IMG/VR virus record: IMGVR_UViG_3300006033_000003
Origin: a virus
Strand: one strand, 5' to 3'
DNA: 60,871 bases
Shown here: positions 35,157-43,408 of the stretch, one piece after another
Layout: each line of letters starts with the position of its first letter
How positions within the stretch are numbered: position 1 is the stretch's first letter
The notes under the pieces: generated by a model
Told to the model about the DNA's origin: nothing
What the model saw: only the letters and a program-made list of their open reading frames with translations
The model's database searches: none
Program-made: the position numbers and the translations under genes

Positions 35157-36338
35157 ATGACCAACATCGTATTCCGCAACAAGGGCGTCATCGACCCGAA
35201 AAGCATCACCACCTTCGGGGTGTCCTCGAAGGAGAACGCCGGGGCCATCGGCTTCTTCGGCACGGGCCTGAAGTACGCCATTGCCATCCTCCTGCGCGAA
35301 GGCTGCACCATCTCCATCTACGCCGGGACGAAGGCCATGCACTTCGGGGTGAAGCGGGAGAAGGTCCGCGTGGACAACTTCGAGTTCGTGACGATGAACG
35401 CGAAGCGCCTGGGCTTCACGACTGAGCTGGGCAAGACCTGGGAGATGTGGCAAGCCTTCCGCGAACTCTACTGCAACTGCCTGGACGAAGCGGGGGAAGC
35501 CTTCGAGACTTCCGAAGTGCCGGAGCCCGCCGCCGGGGAGACGATGATTGTGGTGAGCGGGGACCGCTTCATGGATGCGTGGTCCAACCGCTCGGAGACG
35601 GTCCTGAACACGGAGCCGTTCCTGGTCCACGAAGGCGTGAAGGTCCACCCGGGCCGCTCCAACTTCGTGTACTATCGCGGGGTGCGTGCCTACCGCCTCA
35701 GCACCCCTTCGATGTTCACCTACAACATCCAGCGCAAGGTGGACCTGACGGAGGACCGCACGATCAAGTACAGCTGGGACATCGACCACGCGGTGAAGCG
35801 GGCCTGGATGGAGTCTGAAGACAACAACCTGATCCACCGCGCCGTGACGGCTCCGCAAGGGGCCTATGAGCACCACCTCAGCTTCGAGGGCGTCCTGCCC
35901 AGTCAGGCCTTCCTCGGGACCGTCTCCCGGTTGGCCCGCGCCTTCGACCCGCACCTGAACCGCTCCGCGATGGAGGCCTGCCGCATCTGGATGATGGACC
36001 AGCTCCACGACACCACGAAGGTGGAACTGTCCGCGCTGGAGTCCGCCCGCCTCGAACGCGCCAAGACCTTCTGCGCCCGCATCGGCTATCCTGTGGGGGA
36101 GTACCCGATTGTGGTGAGCGAGTTCCTGGGCGAAGAAGTCCTGGGCCGCGCCCATGAGGACACGATCTACATCAGCAAGCGGACGCTGATGATGGGGACG
36201 AAGATGCTGGCGGGCACCCTGATCGAGGAGTTCCTGCACCTCCGCCACCACCTGCGCGATTGCGACCGCACCATGCAAAACTTCCTGATGGACGCCATCG
36301 TGTCCTTGGGCGAACAACTGACAGGAGAACCACTGTGA
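35157..36338 (+). CDS. hypothetical 393-aa protein (G-rich loop GFFGTGLKYA; function unknown)
   Basis: ATG after the conserved leader cctcagaaATGGAGctcaac. Motifs noted: IGFFGTGLKYAIAILL, RELYCNCLDEAGE, C-terminal EEFLHLRHH. No confident family assignment. Confidence 0.6.
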   Translation: MTNIVFRNKGVIDPKSITTFGVSSKENAGAIGFFGTGLKYAIAILLREGCTISIYAGTKAMHFGVKREKVRVDNFEFVTMNAKRLGFTTELGKTWEMWQAFRELYCNCLDEAGEAFETSEVPEPAAGETMIVVSGDRFMDAWSNRSETVLNTEPFLVHEGVKVHPGRSNFVYYRGVRAYRLSTPSMFTYNIQRKVDLTEDRTIKYSWDIDHAVKRAWMESEDNNLIHRAVTAPQGAYEHHLSFEGVLPSQAFLGTVSRLARAFDPHLNRSAMEACRIWMMDQLHDTTKVELSALESARLERAKTFCARIGYPVGEYPIVVSEFLGEEVLGRAHEDTIYISKRTLMMGTKMLAGTLIEEFLHLRHHLRDCDRTMQNFLMDAIVSLGEQLTGEPL

Positions 36339-36682
36339 TCAAGAACCAAACTATCAACCTGCGCGGGGACGCCCTCGAAGCCGCCCGCGCCGTTCACCAA
36401 CTCCACCTCGAAGCGCACGCCCGCCGCGAAGCCCTCCAGAAGGAGTTTCAGGACCGTCTCGAAGGCATGGGCCGGGAGTACGCGGAGCTGCTGAAGAACG
36501 CCTGGGGCACGCTCCTCGAAGCCTCCGGGCTCCCGGGTGCGGAGCTGGGCCAGTGGGAGCTGGATGCCACTTACCTTCGGGACCACCAGTGCGCCTTCCT
36601 GAAGCGCAACGAACCGGAGGAGACGGGCGAAGCGCCCAACATCGCGGACCTGCTTCAGGCCGCTATCTCCGTGAAGCACTGA
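36335..36682 (+). CDS. hypothetical protein
   Basis: GTGA-coupled start with a GGAG SD. 115 aa. Confidence 0.5.
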   Translation: MIKNQTINLRGDALEAARAVHQLHLEAHARREALQKEFQDRLEGMGREYAELLKNAWGTLLEASGLPGAELGQWELDATYLRDHQCAFLKRNEPEETGEAPNIADLLQAAISVKH

Positions 36683-36686
36683 GATC

Positions 36687-36944
36687 ATGAACCGCCTGTC
36701 CATCGCCCTGCTGATTCTCGCCAGCTCCGCCGCATTTGCGGAGCCCGGACGATATACCGCCCAGGATACCATCCGCGCTGCGGCAATCGGCACCTATTCT
36801 GCGCGACTGGCCCCGCCGGTCCGCGTGAAGGAAGTCCGGGGCGTCCGGGCTTCCAACAACCTTCCCGCGACATTCGACCGGCTGGAGTGCCGCGTGGACA
36901 ATTTCAATCAGCTGATCTGCCAACAACGGAGAACGACACCATGA
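36687..36944 (+). CDS. small secreted protein (signal peptide)
   Basis: MNRLSIALLILASSAAFA-EP is a typical Sec signal peptide with an AxA cleavage site. Confidence 0.55.
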   Translation: MNRLSIALLILASSAAFAEPGRYTAQDTIRAAAIGTYSARLAPPVRVKEVRGVRASNNLPATFDRLECRVDNFNQLICQQRRTTP

Positions 36945-37342
36945 TGGAAACACAACAAAGTATCACCGCCTGGGCTGAGGGGACCTTCGGGCCGTCTCAC
37001 CCGGCGGTGATTGCGGCACGCATGAACAAGGAAGTGGCGGAGCTGGTCAGTGGCCTGGCCGCTCACGCCCGTCTCGAAGTCTCCGACATCGAACCGACCG
37101 CCCTGGACGCCCTCCGGGAGGAGTGCGCGGACGTGGGCGTGATGCTGTTCCAAGTCTGCGAGAAGCTGGGCATGAACCTTCAGACCGGCATCAACTACAA
37201 GATGGCGGTGAACCGCTCCCGCGTCTGGGCGAAGTCCGCCACCGGGGACTTCCAGCACGTGGACACCCCGCGCCGCGCAGGCAGGTGCGACCGGACCGGC
37301 TGCAACTACCCCGAAGGCGAATGCGCGGGAGGCTGCAAATGA
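36941..37342 (+). CDS. MazG-like nucleoside triphosphate pyrophosphohydrolase
   Basis: NKEVAELV...LREECADVGVMLF gives the ExxE...ExxD metal-binding motifs of all-alpha NTP-PPases. Cys-rich C-terminal tail. Confidence 0.6.
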   Translation: MMETQQSITAWAEGTFGPSHPAVIAARMNKEVAELVSGLAAHARLEVSDIEPTALDALREECADVGVMLFQVCEKLGMNLQTGINYKMAVNRSRVWAKSATGDFQHVDTPRRAGRCDRTGCNYPEGECAGGCK

Positions 37343-37815
37343 GCACCACGATCAACGGAGTGACGGTGCGCTTGGGCCGCTCGGAGGACGATTGGCGCAA
37401 GTACGTGATCACGGTGCAGATGAAGTCCCTGCGCCAACCCGGTCTGAAGGCCAGCAACGACATCGACCCGGGGGTGGCTTCGGGAACCGACCACCTGCTG
37501 AAGCTGATTGCCGCTGCGGGGGCCGCTTGCGCGGAGTACCTGGGCGAAAAGTACAACGAACCACAGGACCCCGGGGCCGCGTCCCGGGACGCCCTCCGCG
37601 CCTTCCAGGAGGAGTGCCACTTGCTCAAGGCCCTGGCGAAGGACCTGCCCGCGAAGCTGAAGCGCCTTGCCCATCATCTCAGCGTCCTGACCTCCACGGA
37701 GGTCGAAGCCGTCCGCCGCATGCAGTGGCTGGTCGATCATCAACAACAGCTCACCCAGAAGGAGGTCCAGTGGATCAACGAGAAGGTGGGCGCACTCCAC
37801 GGAGCACAACTGTGA
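37339..37815 (+). CDS. hypothetical protein
   Basis: ATGA-coupled. 158 aa. Confidence 0.5.
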   Translation: MSTTINGVTVRLGRSEDDWRKYVITVQMKSLRQPGLKASNDIDPGVASGTDHLLKLIAAAGAACAEYLGEKYNEPQDPGAASRDALRAFQEECHLLKALAKDLPAKLKRLAHHLSVLTSTEVEAVRRMQWLVDHQQQLTQKEVQWINEKVGALHGAQL

Positions 37816-38114
37816 CCGCCATCCCATCCAACAACGTGTTTCACGGCTTCTTCGGGACCGTGGCGCTGAAGAAGGGGAGCGAAGGAGCGGAGAAGGAAGG
37901 GCACCGCGCCTTCCACGCGATTGCCTCCGCCGTCCCGGACGCGAAGCCGGAGGAGGTCCGCAACTTCCGGGACAGCCCCTATGGGCGTCACGTGGCGGAT
38001 GAGCACCTGTCCGGCCATACCGTGGAGAAGCAACTGGAGTTCCGCCGTGCCCGCTTCCTGCGACACTTTGCGGAGATTCAGCGCCAGACCGCTGCCGGGA
38101 AGTTCGATGATTGA
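37812..38114 (+). CDS. hypothetical protein
   Basis: GTGA-coupled. 100 aa. Confidence 0.45.
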   Translation: MTAIPSNNVFHGFFGTVALKKGSEGAEKEGHRAFHAIASAVPDAKPEEVRNFRDSPYGRHVADEHLSGHTVEKQLEFRRARFLRHFAEIQRQTAAGKFDD

Positions 38115-38337
38115 GGACCCGCTGCGGGACTTCCCGGAGGACGCCCGGGGACCGCTCCGGCGGTTGGCCTTCGCCATCTTCCACCAGTCCTTCGTGCAGG
38201 CGGTGGTGGAGTCCCGGGAGCGGGCCGCTGGCATCGACCCTACCGCCCCGGGGAACGCCGCCGGGGACTGGGATGCGCTGGAGAAGTCCTTGGGCAAGGA
38301 AGCGGTGGACCGACTCCGCCGGGGAGAACCGCTGTGA
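38107..38337 (+). CDS. hypothetical protein
   Basis: The ATG at 38107 overlaps the upstream gene end. 76 aa. Confidence 0.4.
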   Translation: MIEDPLRDFPEDARGPLRRLAFAIFHQSFVQAVVESRERAAGIDPTAPGNAAGDWDALEKSLGKEAVDRLRRGEPL

Positions 38338-38999
38338 TGATCAACCAATGTGACGGGTGCCGCGCCGGGATGCCCCTCAACGCCTTCCGCCTTCACGTGG
38401 GAGCGGACGGCAAACCCCATATGGCTTGTTGCCGACATTTGTACAAAAAGGAGAACGCCGTGGTGTATGACAGCTTGATGATTGACCTGGAGACGATGGG
38501 GACGGGACCGAACGCCGCCGTGATCCAATTGGGGGCCGTGGCCTTCAACAGCGTGAACGGGCTGACGGACCCGGACGGGATGAGCCGTGATATTGACCTC
38601 CATAGCTCGGTGCTGTTGGGCGGAGAAGTCGATGCCCCTACCGTTCAATGGTGGCGGGACCGGGGAGGCCTGGAGCTGAAAAACCCGGTGCCCCTTCGCG
38701 CTGCGCTGCTGGAGTTGGCTGCTTGGGTGAAGAACCTCCCGAAGTTGGAGCGGGTCTGGAGCCAGGGGGCGAACTTTGACGTGCCCATCCTTGAGGGGTA
38801 CTATCGGAGGGCGGGCCTGGAATGTCCGTGGCCGTACTATGCCGCCCGGGACACCCGGACGGTGTATGACCTGGCGAAGGAGCGGGGCTGGAAGAAGCCG
38901 GAGGACTCGAAGGCGAAACACGAAGCCCTGATGGATTGCCTGATCCAGACGAAGTGCCTGCTCAACGCGCTGCGCTTCCTCCGGGAGCCGAAGGAATGA
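38334..38999 (+). CDS. DEDDh 3-prime-5-prime exonuclease with an N-terminal Cys-rich extension
   Basis: LMIDLETMG (Exo I), ANFDVPIL (Exo II), HEALMDC (Exo III, H-x4-D). N-terminal CDGC...CC. Confidence 0.7.
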   Translation: MMINQCDGCRAGMPLNAFRLHVGADGKPHMACCRHLYKKENAVVYDSLMIDLETMGTGPNAAVIQLGAVAFNSVNGLTDPDGMSRDIDLHSSVLLGGEVDAPTVQWWRDRGGLELKNPVPLRAALLELAAWVKNLPKLERVWSQGANFDVPILEGYYRRAGLECPWPYYAARDTRTVYDLAKERGWKKPEDSKAKHEALMDCLIQTKCLLNALRFLREPKE

Positions 39000-39304
39000 G
39001 GAAACCCCGGAAGGGGGAGCTGATCTGCACGTGTGGTGCGTATCGGTTCCCCCACCGCTTCGGGGGCGGACGCTGCACGGGGTTCTACATCGTGGAGCAG
39101 TATTGGGAGAACCACTATGGAAGCGGGGATTGTACGCACTGCAACTCCTGCAACCGGACGGAGGCCGTGCCCTACTGCGAAGTGGTCACCGGCGGGGAGT
39201 CCGTGCGGGAGTGCCCCGCGTGGCAAGAATTTGTGGCCTTCAACGAAATCAAGTTGAAAGCAAACCGAAGGGAGGAGAAGCGAGGGCAGATGAGATTGAC
39301 GTGA
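38996..39304 (+). CDS. Cys-rich hypothetical protein
   Basis: 102 aa with 9 Cys (CTCG, CTG, CTHCNSC, CEV, CPAW). ATGA-coupled. Confidence 0.45.
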   Translation: MRKPRKGELICTCGAYRFPHRFGGGRCTGFYIVEQYWENHYGSGDCTHCNSCNRTEAVPYCEVVTGGESVRECPAWQEFVAFNEIKLKANRREEKRGQMRLT

Positions 39305-39474
39305 GCAGTGAGCGGATTCAACACGAAACGGACCGCGCAGTGGACAACATCCGGAAGGCCGCTGCGGAACTCCCGCCGGGGGAGCCCGGGGATTGCGAGT
39401 TGTGTGGGGAGTGGAGCGGACGGCTGATCATGGGCGCGTGCGCTCCGTGCCGGGACCGCTTCAAGCTGCCATGA
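39301..39474 (+). CDS. TraR/DksA-type C4 zinc-finger protein
   Basis: 57 aa, GTG start. CELCGEWSGRLIMGACAPCRDRF matches the CxxCGxxI...R...CxxC pattern of phage TraR-family proteins. Confidence 0.5.
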   Translation: MSSERIQHETDRAVDNIRKAAAELPPGEPGDCELCGEWSGRLIMGACAPCRDRFKLP

Positions 39475-39689
39475 AGCTCCTGTGCTGGTTGGGCCTACAC
39501 CGCTGGCGGGAGTTCGGATACAGCCTGCTGGTGATCTACGCCTCCCGGAACCGAAGCGCCCGAAGTCGATTGGGCCGGGAGTCCCACGAATGCTGTGAGC
39601 GGTGTGGGAAATACAGGACGGTGACGACCTTCCGGAGCCGGACAGCGGAAAGAAAATGGAAAAAAGTTGTACAAGGGGCTTCCCGCTGA
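39471..39689 (+). CDS. hypothetical protein (N-terminal hydrophobic segment, CCxxC)
   Basis: ATGA-coupled. 72 aa. Confidence 0.4.
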   Translation: MKLLCWLGLHRWREFGYSLLVIYASRNRSARSRLGRESHECCERCGKYRTVTTFRSRTAERKWKKVVQGASR

Positions 39690-39708
39690 CAACTTTTGGC
39701 ACTATACT
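39677..39708 (+). promoter_or_regulatory. promoter candidate, class 2 (GGCTTCCC-N18-TATACT)
   Basis: gGGCTTCCCGctgacaacttttggcaCTATACTTCTTT. The G of GGCTTCCC lies exactly 26 nt before TATACT, as at 12821, 14954 and 53559. Confidence 0.55.
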
Positions 39709-39752
39709 TCTTTACACGGTCGCACTGACCGGAACAGAAATGGAGAACCGAA

Positions 39753-40358
39753 ATGAGCCGCACCCCTGACTTCTACATCGACCGCGCCAACGCCGCCTTC
39801 GCCTTGGGCTTCACCTCAAAGTCCGCACAGAAGTCCGCCACGGACGATCTGAACCGCGCCCACGAAGCCTGCTGCCAAGACATCCAGAACCTGGTGCTGG
39901 TCATCGACCGGGACGCCCGGACGGAAGCCCACAACAACGTGTATTGGGGCTTGGCTGACCTTCACGTGTGGAAGCCCAAGCACTCCGCGCTGGTCCTGGG
40001 CACCTTCCCGGAAGCTGAACCGACCGTGCGCGTGATCGAACAGCTGGTGGACCTCCGCGCCGTGATCAAAGCCGCCCCCGTGGTGAAGGCGGAGCGGAAC
40101 CCGAACGCTGAACGCGAAGCCGCCGTGACCAAGTCCGTCCGTGAGATCATGGAACTGCGCAAGGCCCAATACGCCCACGGGCTGAAGCTGCACGACCTGT
40201 TCGAGGGGCTCCCGGTCCACGCGAACGTCCACGTGGTCACGAACCAACACGGCACCACCTTCCTCCGCGCCTTCTACTACATGGCAGGCGTCCTCACCCC
40301 GCTGAACGTCATCCTGGCCGTTCTTCAGGAGAAGGCCCGCGAAGCCGAAGGGAAGTGA
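39753..40358 (+). CDS. hypothetical protein
   Basis: 201 aa. Leader acagaaATGGAGaaccgaaATG. Confidence 0.6.
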   Translation: MSRTPDFYIDRANAAFALGFTSKSAQKSATDDLNRAHEACCQDIQNLVLVIDRDARTEAHNNVYWGLADLHVWKPKHSALVLGTFPEAEPTVRVIEQLVDLRAVIKAAPVVKAERNPNAEREAAVTKSVREIMELRKAQYAHGLKLHDLFEGLPVHANVHVVTNQHGTTFLRAFYYMAGVLTPLNVILAVLQEKAREAEGK

Positions 40359-40384
40359 AGCCGAAGCGGGGACTTGTCCACGCT

Positions 40385-40413
40385 TTACTTCTTCGGGTCC
40401 CTCGCACTATACT
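40385..40413 (+). promoter_or_regulatory. promoter candidate, class 1 (TTACTT-N17-TATACT)
   Basis: CTTTACTTCTTCGGGtccctcGCACTATACTTCTTCG. Confidence 0.65.
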
Positions 40414-40447
40414 TCTTCGACCGTAAACACAGAAATGGAGCTGCATT

Positions 40448-40729
40448 ATGCACATCAACTTCAACGCCTCCCCGGAGGACTCCGCGCTGATCGACAAGAT
40501 CGTGGACCGCGCTGAGGCAATCTACACCCGTCAGTCCGCGCCCTTCGACCGCCTGAGCGTGGCGATGGACGTGACGGCCACGCACCTGAACGGTTGCCCC
40601 CTCCAGCTCCAGAAGTTCCTGGACGCCGATGACTTCAACTTCGCGCATGACTTGGTGGGCATCGTCAACCACATGGACCGCTCCACCGGCCAACTCACCC
40701 GTTGCTTCCTGCCCCGGTGCTCAGCATGA
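40448..40729 (+). CDS. hypothetical protein
   Basis: 93 aa. Leader acagaaATGGAGctgcattATG. Confidence 0.55.
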   Translation: MHINFNASPEDSALIDKIVDRAEAIYTRQSAPFDRLSVAMDVTATHLNGCPLQLQKFLDADDFNFAHDLVGIVNHMDRSTGQLTRCFLPRCSA

Positions 40730-41130
40730 CCCGCATCAACGTGATTGAGCCGTCCCGCCTGTCCGATCAGCACCTGGGGGCGGAGTACCGGGAGCTGCCC
40801 CGCGTGTTCGGTCTGGTCCGGGACGCTATCCGCCGGGGCGAACGTCCGACCGACCCCCGGAACCCGCAGCAGTACCTGCTCGGAGCTGGGCACGTGCGGT
40901 TCTTCTACCCCCGGCTGGGCTACCTCCTGGAACGCTATCTGCGGCTGTGCGAGGAATGCCGGAGCCGGGGCCGCGCCGTGAACTTCGGGAACCCGACCGA
41001 CCTGATCAGCGGCATACCGGCGGACTGGTTCGGGTACTGGACCCCGGACGCCTCCGCTGAACAACTCAACATCGACCGTATCAACCAACGAGGAGGCCTG
41101 CGCCGTGTCCAACCCCAAGCTCAAGTTTGA
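40726..41130 (+). CDS. denV: pyrimidine dimer DNA glycosylase (T4 endonuclease V homologue)
   Basis: [32 protein letters not shown]...[10 protein letters not shown] closely follows T4 EndoV ([32 protein letters not shown]...LGAGHVTFFY), including the N-terminal Thr2 and the catalytic Glu context. Confidence 0.9.
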   Translation: [134 protein letters not shown]

Positions 41131-41434
41131 AATCCTGGAGGAGAAGGTCACGACCTCCCGCCAGGGCGTCACCTTTCACCGCACCGAACGCTGTATGCGC
41201 TTCAAGGTCCGCTTCACCATCGAGTCCGATGCGTACAAGTTCCAGTGCCGCGCCTTCTCGGAGGTCTGGAACCCGGACGAACTGAAGTGGAACCGCGTCC
41301 ACTACCTCCCCGCCTCTGAGATGAAAACCCCGGAGGGCCTGGACTCCTACCCGAAGGGAACCGGCACGGACCGCAAGCACTTCCTGGCGGACCACAAGGC
41401 CCTGGCGAAGATGACGTGGGAGGTCCTGCTGTGA
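41105..41434 (+). CDS. hypothetical protein
   Basis: GTG start. 109 aa. Confidence 0.45.
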   Translation: MSNPKLKFEILEEKVTTSRQGVTFHRTERCMRFKVRFTIESDAYKFQCRAFSEVWNPDELKWNRVHYLPASEMKTPEGLDSYPKGTGTDRKHFLADHKALAKMTWEVLL

Positions 41435-41724
41435 GCCACGGAACCTACGTTGGGCCCATCGCCCATCTTCAGGGAAAGTCCGCGCTGCTCCAACCATGCC
41501 ACGCCCTTCGGGATTGCGTGTTGGCGCAGTTCGATGACCGGGAGCTGACGCGGAGCGGGAAGCCCATGCCCCAACTCACGGTCCTGGACTATGAGCCGCA
41601 CGCCCGCTTCCCCACTGAACAATTGGTGGACTACCCGAAGCCCCCGGCGGACGCCCTGGGCTTCGGTTGGCACGCCTTTCAGGCTTCGGACTTCGAGGAG
41701 GACCGCAATGAAACCGACTCCTGA
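41431..41724 (+). CDS. hypothetical protein
   Basis: GTGA-coupled. 97 aa. Confidence 0.45.
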   Translation: MSHGTYVGPIAHLQGKSALLQPCHALRDCVLAQFDDRELTRSGKPMPQLTVLDYEPHARFPTEQLVDYPKPPADALGFGWHAFQASDFEEDRNETDS

Positions 41725-42205
41725 ACAACTTCTGGAAGTGGCCCGGGAGACGGGCCTGCGGGGCTTCCTCCACGGAGTGAGCGCCACGGACGCCCGGGAC
41801 CTCCTGGGCCGGTTCGTCCAGGCCCTTCAGGCGAAGTTCCCGCCGGTGGACTACCTGTGTGAGTTGCACCGCTTCAAGCTGTCCTTCAACCGCTCCGGCT
41901 TCACCGGAGCCTTGGGCAACTTCCGTCACCAGCTGGATGGGCGCTGGGTGGATTTGGTCCCGGCGGAGAACGATGCGCACATGTACCTTCTCCCCGGGAG
42001 CCGTCCCGAACTCGAACTGGCGCACGGGGTTCACTACACGGAGCGGAAGTTGGTGGAGGGCGTCCTGCGCAACATGAAACAGCAGAACCTCGGATGGCAC
42101 CGCCGCCCCCGTTGGGCCGTGATCACGCAGGTGTTCGGGGTGGGCTCCGGAGTGGCGCACGGTATCTGCCTGGAGTTTGGCTATGACCCGGAGGAAATGA
42201 TATGA
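41708..42205 (+). CDS. hypothetical protein
   Basis: 165 aa. ATG at 41708 within track ORF 41591. Confidence 0.5.
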   Translation: MKPTPEQLLEVARETGLRGFLHGVSATDARDLLGRFVQALQAKFPPVDYLCELHRFKLSFNRSGFTGALGNFRHQLDGRWVDLVPAENDAHMYLLPGSRPELELAHGVHYTERKLVEGVLRNMKQQNLGWHRRPRWAVITQVFGVGSGVAHGICLEFGYDPEEMI

Positions 42206-42579
42206 GCGGAGCTGCTGATTGGGTGGAGTCCGCCCTGAAGCGGAAGCTGACCGACTTCCAACGGATTGCCGTGACCCTCATCTGCCAAGCCCAAGGGTGT
42301 GGACCCTATGACTTCTCACGGACCTTCGAGACGGCTGACTGGGAGTTCGGGCGGGGCGTCCGCTTCACCATCTACCCCTTCCGCCTGAGCACCTTCGACT
42401 CGAACTGCCTGACCCAACTGGTCATCGGAGCCCATGAGCACGCGGTGCGGGTGGAAATCGAGCCGTGTAACTTCCGGCACCTGCGGGTGATCATACACCC
42501 CCGGGAGCGGGAAGGACAAATTCATCAACGCCACCCCACCATTGAACAAGCGGTGGCCAACTATCGCAAAGGAGCTTGA
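42202..42579 (+). CDS. hypothetical protein
   Basis: ATGA-coupled. 125 aa. Confidence 0.5.
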   Translation: MSGAADWVESALKRKLTDFQRIAVTLICQAQGCGPYDFSRTFETADWEFGRGVRFTIYPFRLSTFDSNCLTQLVIGAHEHAVRVEIEPCNFRHLRVIIHPREREGQIHQRHPTIEQAVANYRKGA

Positions 42580-42580
42580 G

Positions 42581-42958
42581 ATGGCAACAAAAGCTAAACG
42601 TGTCAACTTCATGAAGGTGACGCTGTGGACGGAGACGATGCGGGCTGACTTCGAGGGTCCCCTGTCCGCATGCATCGCGGACGCCATCATGTACGTGAGC
42701 AACCGGGAGAAGCGGGAGCGTATCCTGAAACTCATGACGGAGACGCACCAGAAGATGTGCCGCCGGGAGGACGAAGCGAACCGCCCGAAACCCCCGGAGC
42801 ACGACCTGTACCGGACCGGAGACGAAGGAGCCCCGGACGCGATCAAGGACCGCAACGGGGAAGTGGTCCTGGTCCTGGTCCTGAGCCTCTGCCGCTGCTG
42901 CGGGAAGGGCGAAGCGCAGCTGCTCGACACCCCTTGCCCCGGACCGAAGGAGGCTTGA
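42581..42958 (+). CDS. hypothetical protein (C-terminal CRCCG..C motif)
   Basis: ATG 8 nt after AAAGGAG. 125 aa. Confidence 0.5.
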   Translation: MATKAKRVNFMKVTLWTETMRADFEGPLSACIADAIMYVSNREKRERILKLMTETHQKMCRREDEANRPKPPEHDLYRTGDEGAPDAIKDRNGEVVLVLVLSLCRCCGKGEAQLLDTPCPGPKEA

Positions 42959-42959
42959 A

Positions 42960-43172
42960 ATGGCCAACATGTCATATTGCCGCTTCGAGAACACGGTGCC
43001 GGACTTCGTGGATTGCACGGAGCATATTGAGGACGAACTCAGCGAGACGGAGGACCGCTACAGGAAAACCCTGATCAACGGCTGCGCGGACGTGTTCGAC
43101 ATGCTGGGCGTGACCTATGACCGGGACGCCCTGGAGGACGCTATGCAACGCCTGAAGCGGAGGGAGGGATGA
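42960..43172 (+). CDS. hypothetical protein
   Basis: 70 aa. GAAGGAGG SD. Confidence 0.5.
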   Translation: MANMSYCRFENTVPDFVDCTEHIEDELSETEDRYRKTLINGCADVFDMLGVTYDRDALEDAMQRLKRREG

Positions 43173-43408
43173 GCCCCGGGGAACTCCGACGCCTGTGTGG
43201 AGAAGCGGACTGGGTGACGCTGGTCCTTCCGCGCAAGGCCCCGCCCGCCGGGTACGGAGTACGCCTGTTGAACCGGACCGGACCCGTGGGCGAAATCCTG
43301 AACGTGAAGGAACTCCCGGACGGCTCCTGCGAAGTGTGCGCCCGCTTCGAGTCCGCCGCCGTCCTCACGACCCTCAACCAACTGGAGGCTGCAGCCAATG
43401 GCAAATAA
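43169..43408 (+). CDS. hypothetical protein
   Basis: ATGA-coupled. 79 aa. Confidence 0.45.
   Translation: MSPGELRRLCGEADWVTLVLPRKAPPAGYGVRLLNRTGPVGEILNVKELPDGSCEVCARFESAAVLTTLNQLEAAANGK

Noticed and set aside
35157-36338. GHKL/MORC-type ATPase assignment for the 393-aa protein, based on GFFGTGLKYA and ELYCNCLDE.
   Set aside because: In GHKL ATPases the N-box (ExxxNxxD) precedes the Gly-rich boxes. Here the order is reversed and no DxGxG box is visible, so the call stays hypothetical.
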